Positions 39,291 through 53,452 of a stretch of 64,000 nucleotides of DNA are shown here, piece by piece. Every line of letters starts with the position of its first letter. The stretch's first letter is position 1. The stretch lies in the NCBI RefSeq assembly GCF_001194135.2, contig NC_068993.1, forward strand, positions 2,611,921-2,675,920, in the 5' to 3' direction. The notes under the pieces were generated by a model that ran no database searches, had not been told where the DNA came from, and saw only the letters and a program-made list of their open reading frames with translations. The DNA comes from Octopus bimaculoides. Its lineage: Eukaryota. Position numbers and translations under genes: made by a program.

Positions 39291-40026
39291 CCATCCTGGT
39301 GGAAGTTTGTTGCATTATCTGTGTCACAATGTCAGAAGACCAAACGCTAAGACTAGAGAAATATAAAGAAAACTGAAGAATTAGGGTGTAATTTCATGCT
39401 GATAGAATTGAATCATGTCTGTTTTCTTCATATCCATGAATTAAGGATAATTTTGGATATCCTCATACAGAAAGTGCGATATTTTCATATACATCTTCAT
39501 ACTTCTCTCAGTGAAGTTCCATTGAAATTTTACCATTTATTGAATTCTGATATTGACCTCTGTTACAAACTAAAGTGGAATTGAAATATTTTGTGGCATA
39601 TTCTAGTGTGATGATATTTACACCAAAGTGCAAACATACACAGCTAGACACATACTCAGATATACACCCATGTAGACACACATACACACATGCAGACAGA
39701 CACACACATACATGTCTTACTAACCAGTGACCTGTCAAGGCCATGGTCAGAAGGAGGTTGAAAATTGGTTTCATGAATATATCAAGAACTGTAAATTGGA
39801 ACCAAACAACAAAACAGAACCAAAAATATAAAATAAAATTTGTCAAATGAATATCTGAATAGAATATTTGAAACTGAAGAATTCATTTGGAATAAAATGA
39901 TTTGACTGATCTTTGAATGATTGTCTGAAGGAAGAAACTTGTCTGGTTTCTTGATAGGGTGGAGTCAGAAGTTCTAGAAGAATATATATTTTTATTTGTT
40001 AAACAAACTTTGATCTTTCTAGCCAC

Positions 40027-40068
<42 letters not shown>

Positions 40069-40233
40069 ATCTCTTTCTCTTTCTCTCACACACACATACA
40101 CACTGACCATCTCTCTCTCTGTCACACACACACTCACTCACCAGCTCCCTCTCACTCTCTCACATACACACAAACACTCACACACACTCACCATCTCTCT
40201 CTTTCTCTTTTTCTCACACACACACACTCACCA

Positions 40234-40268
<35 letters not shown>

Positions 40269-40299
40269 TACACACCATCGTATACACACACACTCACCA

Positions 40300-40337
<38 letters not shown>

Positions 40338-40420
40338 CATCTCATATACACACACTCACACTCACACACACATGAAAGCATACATACACATAAACTTACA
40401 CACGTACACACACAAAGGCA
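40027..40420. repeat. Higher-order (CA)n-ccat-(CT)n repeat
   Basis: accatct/accatc junction recurs at about 40066, 40106, 40190, 40230, 40273, 40295 and 40336. Confidence 0.8.
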
Positions 40421-41006
40421 TTACATATGAACACACATTTATACACCCCTTACATAGAATACACAAACATACAAATATTCGAAAATGTATTTGTAAGGAT
40501 TTATCTCGATTATATTGAATATTTTACTTGTCTCTTTCCATCCATCAACTTAAATTTCTGTTGTAAATTTTCATAGTTAATAGTTGATTTATATATTGAG
40601 GAATTATATTCCTCACAGATGGACGAAGCTACAATGAAGAACACTTAAATCATTTTATATTATAAACAGAGTTCTTGTAGGAAGTGGTGGTCGGTGGGGT
40701 AATGGGCCATGATAGGAAATGGTTGCTTTATATTCAGCAGGAATTCTATGATAAATCACTGGAAATTCAACGTGTCTATGATTTCACTTTCTAAATGTAG
40801 AAACGATGTTGTCATTATGTAAAAAATTCAATATATCATATAGAACACAACATGATTTCAATAATCAACCAGAAGGCCATGGTTTTTTTTAAGATTCTTA
40901 TATAAAACAATAAGATAGCAAAATCTGATCATAAATTGCAAGACTGATGAACAGATATTGTAGAGTTTGGAACCTACCATTATTTGGTGCTGGGATTGGC
41001 ATAGGG

Positions 41007-41075
41007 AAGTGTTTTCTCAACCTTTTTACCCTTGCGTAATCCTTAAAATAATTTACATATCTCAAGGAACCCCTG
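41007..41075 (+). mobile_element. hAT-Charlie-like terminal fragment
   Basis: aagtgttttctcaacc...ggaacccct resembles CAGTG(T/G)TTCTCAAC termini. No partner end was found. Confidence 0.35.
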
Positions 41076-41096
41076 CACAAAAAAACAATTATATAC

Positions 41097-41162
41097 TATG
41101 GCATAGTGGTTAAGAGCACAGGCTACTAACCCCAAGATTCCGAGTTCGATTCCAGGCAGTGA

Positions 41163-41205
<43 letters not shown>

Positions 41206-41353
41206 TATTGAAAAATACCTTAGGAATGAGAACTGAGGTCCAAAATTTCCCCAAGACACCCGATGAAGGCTGGAGGGCATATCAGCTGAAACGTTAACAA
41301 CAAGCAAGATGAGGACAAATATCCGTCAATTGTAAATAATGTAAATAATGTAC
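41097..41353 (+). mobile_element. tRNA-derived SINE, family C, full length, hammerhead inactivated
   Basis: TGGCATAGTGG A box, GAGTTCGATTCC B box, (AAT)n spacer, CCGAUGA core variant, GUGUU strand missing, (TGTAAATAA)2 tail. Confidence 0.9.
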
Positions 41354-41371
41354 TATATCTTTCTCATATTT

Positions 41372-41600
41372 TTTCATTGTCGAAGGTTAAGATCTGCAGG
41401 AAAGATACGAGCAGGGAAAGGATTCTAGAGGGTTGATGCTCTGGAGAGAAAAGACCGAAACTAGTTAATACAGTGCTAGGTGAGGTTGGACAGGACAAGA
41501 AAGATGAGAGATAGAATGCCAAAACAGGTGTGGGTTGTGTATATAATGGAGGTAGAAGACCAGACAGCTCCATGGAACAGGAGCTCTTAGAGGAACAATT
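41372..41600 (-). mobile_element. Decayed CR1/L2-type LINE ORF2 C-terminus
   Basis: CSMELSGLLPP... and SFLSRASTL*NPFPARIFPADLNL match the CS.EL..L.PP and SFF.RT..LWN.LP..FP pattern. Confidence 0.6.
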
Positions 41601-42179
41601 GAAATTGCCAACCGTTTTTGTAGAGAGATTATTTAACATTTAATTATGTTACACTTTTAATCCTAACCTGCATGAGACCAACCACACTAAAGTAATCCTA
41701 ATTAAAGGAAAATCTCAACTGGAATCTCATTACAACAAGAATGATGTTGTGGGTTTTCTGTTGATCAACACTATTGCAATATGATAATATATTAAATTAC
41801 AGAAATTTTTGGTAAAACCCTTCAAAATAATGATTACAATGAAAAATGAACAAAAAAAAAAAAGAAAGAAAAGAAGAATTGTAAACAATTTAGTTGTTAG
41901 AAATCAAGTCATATACAGGGTTGCTAGAAAGTAAGATGAGGAAATTATTCCTCAGGTACTTTGTAAGATAATCAGTAAAAGTGTTAAGAAAATAATTCAG
42001 AAATAATAGAATCTGTTCTTATAACTAATTTTCATAATGAGCATCATGAAATTAAAGTGGCTAATTAGCATAGTTGTTTGAATATTCTAAGAATAAATGA
42101 CTTATGCCTTGTGGTTAATGTTCTGGGTTTGTGCTGTCTAAGTTTAAAAATAACGTTTCATTTATATATTTCGAATTAA

Positions 42180-42398
42180 AGTGGTGAACGGACAGAATTG
42201 TTACCAAACTAGAAACATTTCATCCATCTTTACGTTCTGAGTTCAAATTTCACTGAGGTCAACCCCATGCTTGTGAAGTAATGTGTATATGTAAGTATGT
42301 ATGTGTGTGGATATGTTTGTGTGTGTTTGTCCCCCAACATCACTTGACAACCGATGCTGGTGTGTTGACATCCCTGTAACCTAGTGGTTCAGCAAAAC
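42180..42398 (+). mobile_element. Family A head (42180-42265) followed by a family B body fragment (42318-42398)
   Basis: gtggtgaacggacagaattgttacc...gagttcaaatttc, then ttgtcccccaacatcacttgacaaccgatgctggtgtg. Confidence 0.65.
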
Positions 42399-44492
42399 GT
42401 CCCCTCTTCATTAACCCCTTTTCTCCTCTTTTACTTGTGTAATTCTGGTTTCAATTCTTTGTAATGTCTCTTCTTTTGTACAATTATTACGCTGTCTTTC
42501 TGCTGTCAGAATCACACCTTAGGCTCCAGAATATGCTAGAACTTTGTTCTGGTTTCTTTCCTGGGGACTTAATTTAACTTAATGAATAATTCAATAACTT
42601 GAAAGTAATGAGATTTTATTCATTCTATTTAATGGTATTTTTATTCATATTATGAATCAGAATTTAATGGAACTTCTTCCTGTACAAACTTTGTTTTGCC
42701 TCGTTGCATTTCATCTGCATGTATAACTAATCTAAGAGAACTCCTGGTAAAATTAATCGGGTATCAAACAGGATAACGAGGGTAACAGTTGGTGGTTTGT
42801 AACCTGTAACCAAGACATTTAATTTCTAAAATGGCCAAGTTTAATATGAATTAGTACAAATGCTGTAACAATTTCAATCTTCAACTGCCAAAATCTTCTC
42901 TTTCTGTAGATGTCTCTGTAAGAGAAAGAGACTTGCTCAAGACAACAGTTTAGATTATGTCTTTTGTTGTCTTCTGTAACAAAATAAATTATGATATTTG
43001 TGCTTTCATTTTTATTACCAAAGTCAAATTTAACCTTTGACTTTTTGGCGCTGATAAAATGGGCAACAATCCAGCATGGGGAATTTGAGGAACGGTAAGA
43101 TTGTCATACAAAATACTTTTTGGTATTTGTTCTGGCCATTTGCATTCTGAGTTCAAATCCTACTGTGGCCTACTTGTTTGTAGGCTTAAACCATTTCACA
43201 GTTTAACACCACCATCTGGCATCGTGACTGCCTTTAGTGGTCCCCACACTGCTGCAATCATTTCAGCCAGGTTTCTAGATTAAGGACAACTTCCTCTCTC
43301 AGTCCCTTCTTTCCACTTTTCTTGAAGTCTCTGTAAAGGGTCTTTAGCAATGCCTTCTCTCCTGACTTAAAAATAAAACAACAAAAATGCATCTGAGTTA
43401 AATCAAATACGTTTCTATGAGTTTTTGAAGAGTTCATGTATTTTATTTTAATTACAATTTAATATTATTCAAAGCTTTGTAAAACAGTTTACAAAGAATA
43501 GAGGTTGGTGTCTCAAATCCAGTTAGATAATGGGAGATGATCTCTTTTGTGAAAAAGAAAGGAGAGGAATGTCTATGATACCTTTCTTGTTACAGATAAT
43601 GACATGCTGAAGTTGCTAACTGTTAACAAAGGCGTTATACCATGATATAAGCAGGCATAAACAAAGCCTTTAATGATGGAAATTCAACCCAGCATCTTTG
43701 ATAATTGCAAACCAATCCTTCATATGCTCAGTAAATATACCTTCACATAAAAAGCAAATTTTCCAAGAAGCTTGTTTGATAATTGCTTGTCGTGTAATGG
43801 TTCAGTGAATTAGATGAGAAAGTGTGGAGGAACTTGGTGTAATCATGTAAAATATCACCAGAGAATTCAAGAAAACCATTTCAATACGTTCCTACTATAA
43901 CTAATTGGTTTGATCTTACTTGCAGAAGATTTCAAGAAGTATTTCCTTGTCATTTCATGCCGAAAAGCAAAACGAAAGTAAAAAGAAAAAAAAAGATGAA
44001 AAGACAAAATCAAACTAGATATAAAAAAAAAGCATGTTTTTACATTTGTATAGCAAGAAGCCATCACTGAATGACCATAAATCAAATTGCACATTGATAT
44101 TTTGAAATTGATGTTTTCTATATTGCTTCACTGCTTTATCAAAAGAAAATGGTGCTCTTTGACGGAAACAGACATTTTTGACATCGTGAAGCATCGCTGT
44201 TCTTTAAGGGTGATTAGTTTTCTGATTTGATCTAATGATTGATTTCTTCTTTATCTTCTGTTGGCAAGTGTTAAGTTATAATGGCCATTCCTGTGATTTC
44301 ACTTGTCTTTTGTCTCTTTGACATTCTACACTTATTTGTTAAGGCTTTTGTTGCGTTTCGTACGACGAAATACTTTTAACTCCATGATCCGAAAGCTTCC
44401 ATCTCTCTTTTGTACACACACACACATATATATATGGAGACCAAGCACATATTTACAAAAATTATAAACACATATATGCGTAATTACATACA

Positions 44493-44534
<42 letters not shown>

Positions 44535-44563
44535 ATTGTCTAATATATTTATGTATGATCATG

Positions 44564-44595
<32 letters not shown>

Positions 44596-44707
44596 AATCT
44601 CTCTCCATATATATATATATATATATATATAATTGTCTAAAAGCATATATATATAGTTGTTTTAACTATATGATGCAATGGCACACACACATATTATGCT
44701 TAGGCAT

Positions 44708-44759
<52 letters not shown>

Positions 44760-45154
44760 CTATGTATGTAGATATAGTTTTCTACTATATGCATATATTT
44801 GCACAGATATATTTTTCCTTAGATATCTTTTCAAGTAGAAATATATAAGTTATAACGTTACATGCAACCTATTTATCTATGTAGATATAAAGGAGATAAT
44901 AATTGTCAGTTATTGGTTGAACATAACAAAGACCAGATCAGAGTGGTTGCAAGAAGTCAAAACCATATAAAGTTGTTTAGATTTAGAAAAATCTAGTGAA
45001 ACAGGTTTACATAACCACATGGAATGGTGAAAGGCTGCTGCTGCTGCTGTTGTTGTTGTTGTTGTTGTTGTTTAAAATATCCTCAGATCAGCTCTGATCA
45101 AAAAGATGTATGAAGAAAAACATTCCATCCTGAGCAATCACATTGGGATTCAGA

Positions 45155-45382
45155 TACATGTGGGGGTGCTGGAAAGTTCCTGGTTTAAAGAGTACCACAA
45201 AAGGTCTGGCAGGAGGCCCAACCTTCTGGGTTCTTTTACAGGGCTCAGAAAAACTGAAGGGCCACTGCAATAAGTGTGTGAATCTGAGTAGAGAATCTGG
45301 GTTGAATAAAAATCCTAATTAACTGATCCTCCTGTATTTTTCCTTTTTATCCAAAGCCAAGAAATTTTCAATATATCTATTG
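45155..45382 (+). mobile_element. Mariner deletion derivative / MITE
   Basis: Imperfect TIRs (tgctggaaagttcctggttt versus the reverse complement of aagccaagaaattttcaata, 14/20). Internal KKLKGHCNKCVNLSRE resembles the mariner C-terminal KL..RW.KCI.L.G.YVE. Confidence 0.6.
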
Positions 45383-45392
45383 TTTATTTGTA

Positions 45393-45660
45393 AACTCGAG
45401 GCTATAGAAGAAGACACTGCCAAGGAGCCAAGCAATGGGACTGAACCGAGAACCATCTGGTTGGGAAGCAAGCTTCTTACCGCACACCCATGCCAGTCCC
45501 TATATGACTCTTCTGCTCAGTTTCCATGAAGCAAACTTGGACACAAGGCTTTGGTCAAGTCGATGCTATAACAGAGGACATTTGCTCATGGTGCTCTGCA
45601 AGAGGATTGAACCCTAAAACACATGATTGTAAAGCAAAATTCTTCACCTCACGGCCATAT
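45393..45660 (-). mobile_element. Two tandem family B-type SINE heads
   Basis: gaggctatagaagaagacac...gggactgaacc...gggaagcaagcttcttacc, plus a second diverged head at 45510-45660. Confidence 0.7.
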
Positions 45661-46474
45661 TTACATTTTTATAATGAACTTCAAGACAAAGATGTAAGTA
45701 TTACTTAAAACTGAGAGGCTGGCCATGGGTAGAACACCTTTCATCATAGACCTACTCAATTATGACTGACCCAGGGCTGAACAACAACACCAAAATATTG
45801 ATCTATCTTCTTCTATTCTTTTCCCATGGCTACCATCGACACTATCTCCCTCAGTTCAGTTGCATCACTCGACAAAGAAATATTATACACAACCATTCAT
45901 TTGGTCATTCATTCTTTGTAAACACCCCATTTTCAATAATGTTTTAAAAAGACAGGGTTTTCAATACATCAACGAATATGTTTAGATCGAGTTAAGTCAA
46001 GCTTCAATAGAAACAGTCACTATATATGTGTATGCGTATATCTGACGTGTGTGTATTGAATGAGCTAATATTCAATGTGCGTAGGTGTATGTGTGTGACT
46101 GTACGTGTGTGTTTGTGCAAATATATGATTCTATATTCAAATAGATTTGTAACTGTTGTAATAGATTTGAATATTTATAAATGTACACCCATGTTTATAT
46201 ATCAGAATTGAAGTGTCCATAGATTCAAATCCATCATCACAAGCAGCATATATATGTGTGTGTGTGTGGGCTTGCATGTGTTTGTGCATGTGTGTATGCA
46301 TATAGATATATATGTATATGTATAATACATATATATACATATATATGAAAGCATATATGAACATGTATATATATATATATATATATACACACACGCATAT
46401 ATAGATACATACATTCATACATACATATATACATATATATATACATACATACGTCATACATATATGCGTGTATG

Positions 46475-46512
<38 letters not shown>

Positions 46513-46558
46513 CATAAGCACATTTATATACATATATGTATACATATCTATATCTATC

Positions 46559-46590
<32 letters not shown>

Positions 46591-46631
46591 ATTGAATTGA
46601 ATATATATATATATNNNNNNNNNNACATACA

Positions 46632-46662
<31 letters not shown>

Positions 46663-47073
46663 TTACATACATGCTTACATATATATATGCGTATGTATGC
46701 TTAAAATTGTACACAATTCTTTCTGCATACATGGGTGGTATGTTCATGTGAAGAACATAATCAATCATATACAAAGAAATGTGAGTATATCATAGATATG
46801 TGTAATTAAATAAAGAAAAAAAGTATGGAACACACAGACACACACGCACACACACACACACGCACATACACACACACACACACGCACATCACGAACACAC
46901 ACAGAAACAAACATATATGCAAATATATACAGAACACATATGAACATGCTTAGTTTTTTTTTCTATCAGGACAGGACAGGCAGGTAGAGATATAGAAAAA
47001 CTGACAGATAAGAGAGACAGATAAATAAACAGATAAATATATAGATAGACAGATTGTTATATAGACTGAAAGA

Positions 47074-47129
<56 letters not shown>

Positions 47130-48217
47130 NNNNNNNNNNNNNNNNNNNNNNNNNNNNNNNNATATATACATATATAGGAAAGATAGATAGATAAATAGAT
47201 GGGCGGATAGACAGACAGGTATATATATATATATATATATATATGGAGAGGTAGATTGATAGACAGATAGATAAAAGGCGGACAAAAAGACAGGTACATA
47301 GAAAGACGATAACTAGATAGATGGATGGATTGGATAAATAGATGATAGATAGATAATCAGATAAACAGATTGATAAGCATAAGCAGAAGTGAAAAAACAA
47401 AAAAAGACCTGCCACAACAAATAAATATTTAGCATTTGTTTTGATATCATCCTTTTTCCATTATTTGCAGCATTAACAGGATTGGCTTGAAAATTCAACA
47501 CAAAATAAAGTGAATATATACAATCTAGTTAGTGACACGAGTAGTGTTTTTTTAAAACATCTATTGTTTCATTCTTCTAAGTTATTTATTTTATCAACAT
47601 ATAATTGGTTTTATTTTTATGGTTGTTTCTCTTGTTTTCATATGTATTACACCGGAATTGTTTTTGCAAGGAAATATTAAATAATTACTTTGATTCATCT
47701 GCTGTGTATTTTCAGTTCCATGTCAACCAACATTTCATATATTTCTAATGGGATTTTGGTTTAGAATATCCATAGAAGGGAGAGATTGCTTTGTTTGTTT
47801 TCATGGGGAGGTAGAATGCATGCAAGCGCACACATACACATATGTATGTGTGCATGCATGTTTGTGCATGCATGCGTGTTTGTGCGTGCATGTGTGTATG
47901 TGTGTGCATGTGTGTGTAGGATTGCCACTCTTTTTTCTGAGAATAAACCATTATTCCAACAATAGTTTTGTTTCCATCCTTCTACTCCTTCTGTTTTTTT
48001 TATAAATTTCATTCTTTCTCTTTGCATTCTCTTATATGTGGGTGTTATATGTGCATACATACATACATGTATTTATATACACATATGACATATATGTGTG
48101 TGTGTGTGTGTGTGTAGGTATATCTATCTATCTATCTATCTATATATATATANNNNNNNNNNTAGATATATAAAAATACATATATATGTATGTATATATA
48201 TATATATATATATACAT

Positions 48218-48270
<53 letters not shown>

Positions 48271-49149
48271 GGTTACTTAACGTTCGTGGGTGTAGAATAT
48301 GTCCACATCAGATGATCAGAGTCATGGTGGAGAAAGAATTTAAAAGAAATGGCATACTTTTCTGTTTACCATTCAGCCATTGGGTAGGTGTTATGTAGCA
48401 GCTTTTGCAGCAAACATGAGGCACCCACAATTTATCTTGGTCCTCAACTTTGCACCCAAAATAAAGCTTGTAAGCATTTTAAAATTTCTTTGCAAGCTTA
48501 TTTCTCTGATCTTTTGGTGTAAATTTTCCAGTAGTGTTACTGGTTTCTAATGGGTTAACAAAAGAAATTATGGTGTCATCTCATATCAGACCCAATTGTG
48601 CAAACAAATTATCAAAGACATTCCTTCCATGCCCTTTCCATCTTTACAGAGATTGCGTATCTCTACATGATTTCCATAATTTTCTTTTTAAAGCTGTCAT
48701 TTGAGAGCAACGTCAATCCTATTGCGTCTTGGCAGTCTCTCATTAGTTAGTAGCAAGAATTGTGGTCTCAGGTCATAACCATAGAACCATTTGTCACGAA
48801 AGCCTCACGTCAAATTCTAGACTTCTCCCTTGATACATATTTCTTGACTGATAGCAAAACCTCTTAGTACGGATCAATATTTCTGAAAGATATTTCGGAG
48901 ACATAAAAACACAGATGAGAATCTCCAGACATCATCAAAAGCAAATTTTTCTCGGTCAAAAATTACACAAATTGTTTGTTTAGAGAATAAATACTTTTTA
49001 CCTTCGTTTTTCCGTTTATTGGATGTAATTTAGTGTAAATCAAAATCGCCAGGTTCTGTGTCTTTGAAATATTTTCTGTTGATAGGTGACAACTTTGCTA
49101 ATAGACAAGTCATTACCAAAGACAGTTCTTCAAAGCTGATTCTTTTTTT

Positions 49150-49519
49150 TTACTGTGTTTTAGATAAAAGTATAGTTTTTTGTCATGTTTGTTTGTTTGT
49201 TTGTCCATGGACAAGATATCTCAAGAACCGCTGAATAGATTCAAATGAAACTCTCAGAGATGTTTGACCTTGTGACTAGCATGAATTGATTAGATTTTGG
49301 GATCGATCCAGTACCAGACAAGGATTCTGGATTATTTTTCCGTTTTTTTTTACTTCATTTTTGAAATCGGTCGGGTTCATTTTTAGTATTCTCGTTTATT
49401 AGAACAACCGAGTTTATTTCAGGTATCCTCATTTTAATAAATATCTCTGGCTATTTCTTGAGAGGAAAGGACGTTGGTGTTGCCTTCGTGGAGGTTTGCA
49501 CTCTCTGGGTGCTCTTGTT
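49150..49519 (+). mobile_element. Non-autonomous Helentron-type element (HINE/DINE-like)
   Basis: 5' (GTTT)n followed by gatatctcaagaaccgctg...gattcaaatgaaact. 3' ggaggt subterminal motif, hairpin GCACTC-tct-GGGTGC (49498-49512) and a T-rich end. Similarity is from recall, not from a search. Confidence 0.55.
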
Positions 49520-49830
49520 CTGTAATACTTATGTTTAATGTCCAAGTTTCAGCACCATATAGTAGAAGGGGCCCTGGGTAATAATATTTTAATAATAATT
49601 TCTTGTTTTAATATTAATGTTCCTTGAACTTCATATGTTTGCCATTTTAAAAATATCTTCTTGGCTCTGTCACTACGTTTGGTACCTGCTTCCCATTTAC
49701 CATTTCTGGTTCCATAGATCCCAGTGATATTATCTTTGCTTTTCCTTCTATTAGCTTTCCTGAAATTGTAATTGTTACTTTGAGTTGAGTGTTGTTTTAT
49801 GCTTTATATATGTATACATACATGTATGCA

Positions 49831-49861
<31 letters not shown>

Positions 49862-50017
49862 GCCTATGCATACATAAATGAATACATATGCATATAACCA
49901 TGCATTGTACACAAGTCTCTCTGCATGCAGATATCAAGGTATGTATGCATACATTTATATACATAGATGTATACATACACACACATGCACACACACTCGT
50001 ATACATATGTATATGCA

Positions 50018-50059
<42 letters not shown>

Positions 50060-50744
50060 TATGTGTGTGTGTTTGTGTCTCTGTGTGTGTGTTTGTATGT
50101 ATATATACATACACACACACATATGTATACATATATATATTCTTCCATTATTGCATACACATACACATACCAGCATGCGTCCATGCATACATACCTGTTT
50201 ATACATTCATAGATACCTATGTGCACGTATACTTCTATATGCATCATCTATAATAACATTTCCTAACTGGTTGCCATTTTAATTAAATCCAGTGAAGCTA
50301 ACCTCAGTGCTTGTTAACAGAATGAAATCTGAGAAGCAGGCAGGTGTTGCAGTAATCTTGCCATATTTATTGGGTTAGCAAAAGTTAAGTGAAATGGAAG
50401 CGAGGCAACAACAAGAAACTATTTCATTCCCTAATATCAAAAACTCTTACGTTTCTCAAAAGCAAGGAAATCTGGGTGAAGACGTCACTGTTCTGTACTG
50501 GTTGCTTGGAATTTTGTGATAGGTTTAGCATTGGTGTTGTCAAAGTGTTCAGAAATAATGCTTCAAAGTCATCTTCTTTGTCATCATTGTCATTGTTGTT
50601 GTCGTCATCATTGTTGCTGTCATCATCATCGTTGTTGGCATTGGTATTGATATCGTTGTCACTGTCATCATTGTTGTCATCATTTTTGTTCTTGTCATCA
50701 TCATCATCACCATCATCATCATCGACATCGTCATCGTCATCATC

Positions 50745-50775
<31 letters not shown>

Positions 50776-51621
50776 CCACCACCAGGTTTTGTCTATGTGC
50801 CATGACTGTTAATTCTCTAATTTATACATTCTCAGATGTTGACTTCATTAAATGGTAACTTTGTTGCTACAGAGAGAACCTAGGATTCTGCAGTTAACTT
50901 CACATTGGTCAGAAGGATGTGTGTGAAAGGTCATGATTGTGTTGGTCATTGGTCACTTTCTGCACCTAATTAACATTAAAGGTTGCCTAAAAACATCTAG
51001 AGGTAACATTATTACATAAGAAACGACACAATACGAAATCATGAAAGCCACTCTTTTAATAAATACAATTGCGTATTTATATATTTAGTGTCACATACAT
51101 TAAAATAGCTTCAATCACATTGCAGTTCTCTCCTTTTGTTACTAGAAATTTTATTCAATTACTAATGCAGAAATATACCTGCTTTCTCCATATTTTCTCT
51201 TTTGAGTAAGTTATCAGAACATTAAATAAAAATAATTTGAAACTGCATGCAGAAAATAAGTACAGTCAAGGAAATCGTTTTTGATAATAAAATTTGCACT
51301 AAAAATGAAGTGATATAAGAATTATTCAATGAAATAGCACCAGCAAAACCTCTGCGTAGCTGCAATTGTTGCATGCTTGTTTCTGTGCAATTAGGTAAAA
51401 TTTTCAGTTTGTTTATGATTAAAGCTAATATTGAACCAAAAAAGAAAACAGAAATTTTATTTTTTTTAGAATTGGTCAATGCAAAACCAATTACAACATG
51501 TAAACATTTGTATTAAGAAATAAATATAGTTTTCTATACATTATATTTATTTTATTATCATTTTCATTACATTTTTATAAGTCGGGTATATTTGCCGTCA
51601 TTATTGTTAGCAAGATACAAG

Positions 51622-51800
51622 ATGGGGAGCTGGCAGACTCATTAGAAAGCCAGGCAAGACGCATTGCAGTATTTCATCTGTCTTTACATTCTAAGTTCAA
51701 ATTCTGCAGAGGTTGACTTTGCCTATCATCTTTTTGGGGTCAATAAAATAAGTACCAGTTTAACATTGGGGTTGATATAATCGATTAAGCCCCACCCTGC
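51622..51800 (+). mobile_element. Family A SINE
   Basis: ggggagctggcagactcattag...aagttcaaattctgcagaggttgactttgcc...aagtaccag. Confidence 0.85.
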
Positions 51801-52000
51801 TGGCATGGGTGGGACATTTTGACAGGAGCTGGTAAGGCCAGGAATTGCACCAGGTTCTATTGTCTGTTCTGTCAAGGTTTCTACAGCTGGATGCCCTTGC
51901 TAATGCCAGCCATATTACAGAGTGGACTTGGTGCTTTAAGGTGGCACCAGTGCTTTACATGTGGCACCAGCACTGACAATGTCATAAAGCAATTTGCAAT
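51801..52000 (-). mobile_element. Family D element
   Basis: tgctggcatgggtgggac...ggtttctacagctggatgcccttgctaatgcc...gtggcaccagcac. Confidence 0.8.
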
Positions 52001-52877
52001 ACAAAACTACTTGGCTGAGAGGCAGGGAGAAGTATTGAGACGAGGGTGGCTTTGAGTCAGTTGAAAGGTTAGAAATAAAGAGGAACAAGGATAGGTGTCT
52101 GGCTGTAGAATAGATACATGGATACCCCAGTTGGAAGAGGAAGAAGAACAAGTTAGAGATAAGGAGAGTGGGTGAGTGAGAAAGTAAAATAAAGAGAGCA
52201 ATAAATAGTGAGAGATGGTGGGGTGGTGGGGAAGATGTGTCAAGACATTCCCTCGAGGGACATAGGGGTGGGGGTTATGAGAATAAGTGAGATGAAACAG
52301 AAAATATATTTTATATAAAGACTGAATAACTTTCAGAAAATCCTAATGCGAGCCTAATCTTCTTTATACTTTAATATTAATTATTCAATATGGAATTAAG
52401 TGTTTCTGTGAATTTTTCATAATTAGTCTGCTGCATGTTAATTAAGTAACATGTTTTGGTGAAGTGTGTGAGCGAAAAAGTCTGTGATAAAGTTTGAACT
52501 CATTATTGATTGAGAGAAAATAATAACGATAGAAAATAATAAATGATATTTTATTTGATTGTGAATTCTATTAGATTTACAATAATACATTTTTACAAAG
52601 ATGATTTCTCTTTACAAATTGATATATAATTTAGTAGTATATACAAACAATTAATATAGAAGACGAAAAAGTTTAAAAGTATAATGTGGACAAACAAGTT
52701 GCATATAAATATTGAGATATTAAATTAGACAGACAATCAAAAAAAGATAATGTTCTTAACTTAAGCTGTCTTCCAGAAAATTCTTTATATAAAAGGAAGA
52801 AAACATGGGATAAAAGAAAAGCAAGAAAATAGGATATTGATTATGTGAAGAAAGAATAAAAATAAACATTATTATTA

Positions 52878-52947
<70 letters not shown>

Positions 52948-53417
52948 CATCATCATCATTATTATTGAGTTAAAAAATAATCATTGTCGTTCAATTAAAA
53001 ATACTAATTATCGAATTATTATAATTTATAAGCAGAGTGCCAGACTGCAGCATGTAGCNNNNNNNNNNNNNNNNNNNNNNNNNNNNNNNNNNNNNNNNNN
53101 NNNNNNNNNNNNNNNNNNNNNNNNNNNNNNNNNNNNNNNNNNNNNNNNNNNNNNNNNNNNNNNNNNNNNNNNNNNNNNNNNNNNNNNNNNNNNNNNNNNN
53201 NNNNNNNNNNNNNNNNNNNNNNNNNNNNNNNNNNNNNNNNNNNNNNNNNNNNNNNNNNNNNNNNNNNNNNNNNNNNNNNNNNNNNNNNNNNNNNNNNNNN
53301 NNNNNNNNNNNNNNNNNNNNNNNNNNNNNNNNNNNNNNNNNNNNNNNNNNNNNNNNNNNNNNNNNNNNNNNNNNNNNNNNNNNNNNNNNNNNNNNNNNNN
53401 NNNNNNNNNNNNNNNNN

Positions 53418-53452
<35 letters not shown>

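Noticed and set aside
41441-41468. ctggaga...gaaactagtt
   Set aside because: The core is imperfect, there is no stem II, and it lies within the antisense of a LINE fragment.
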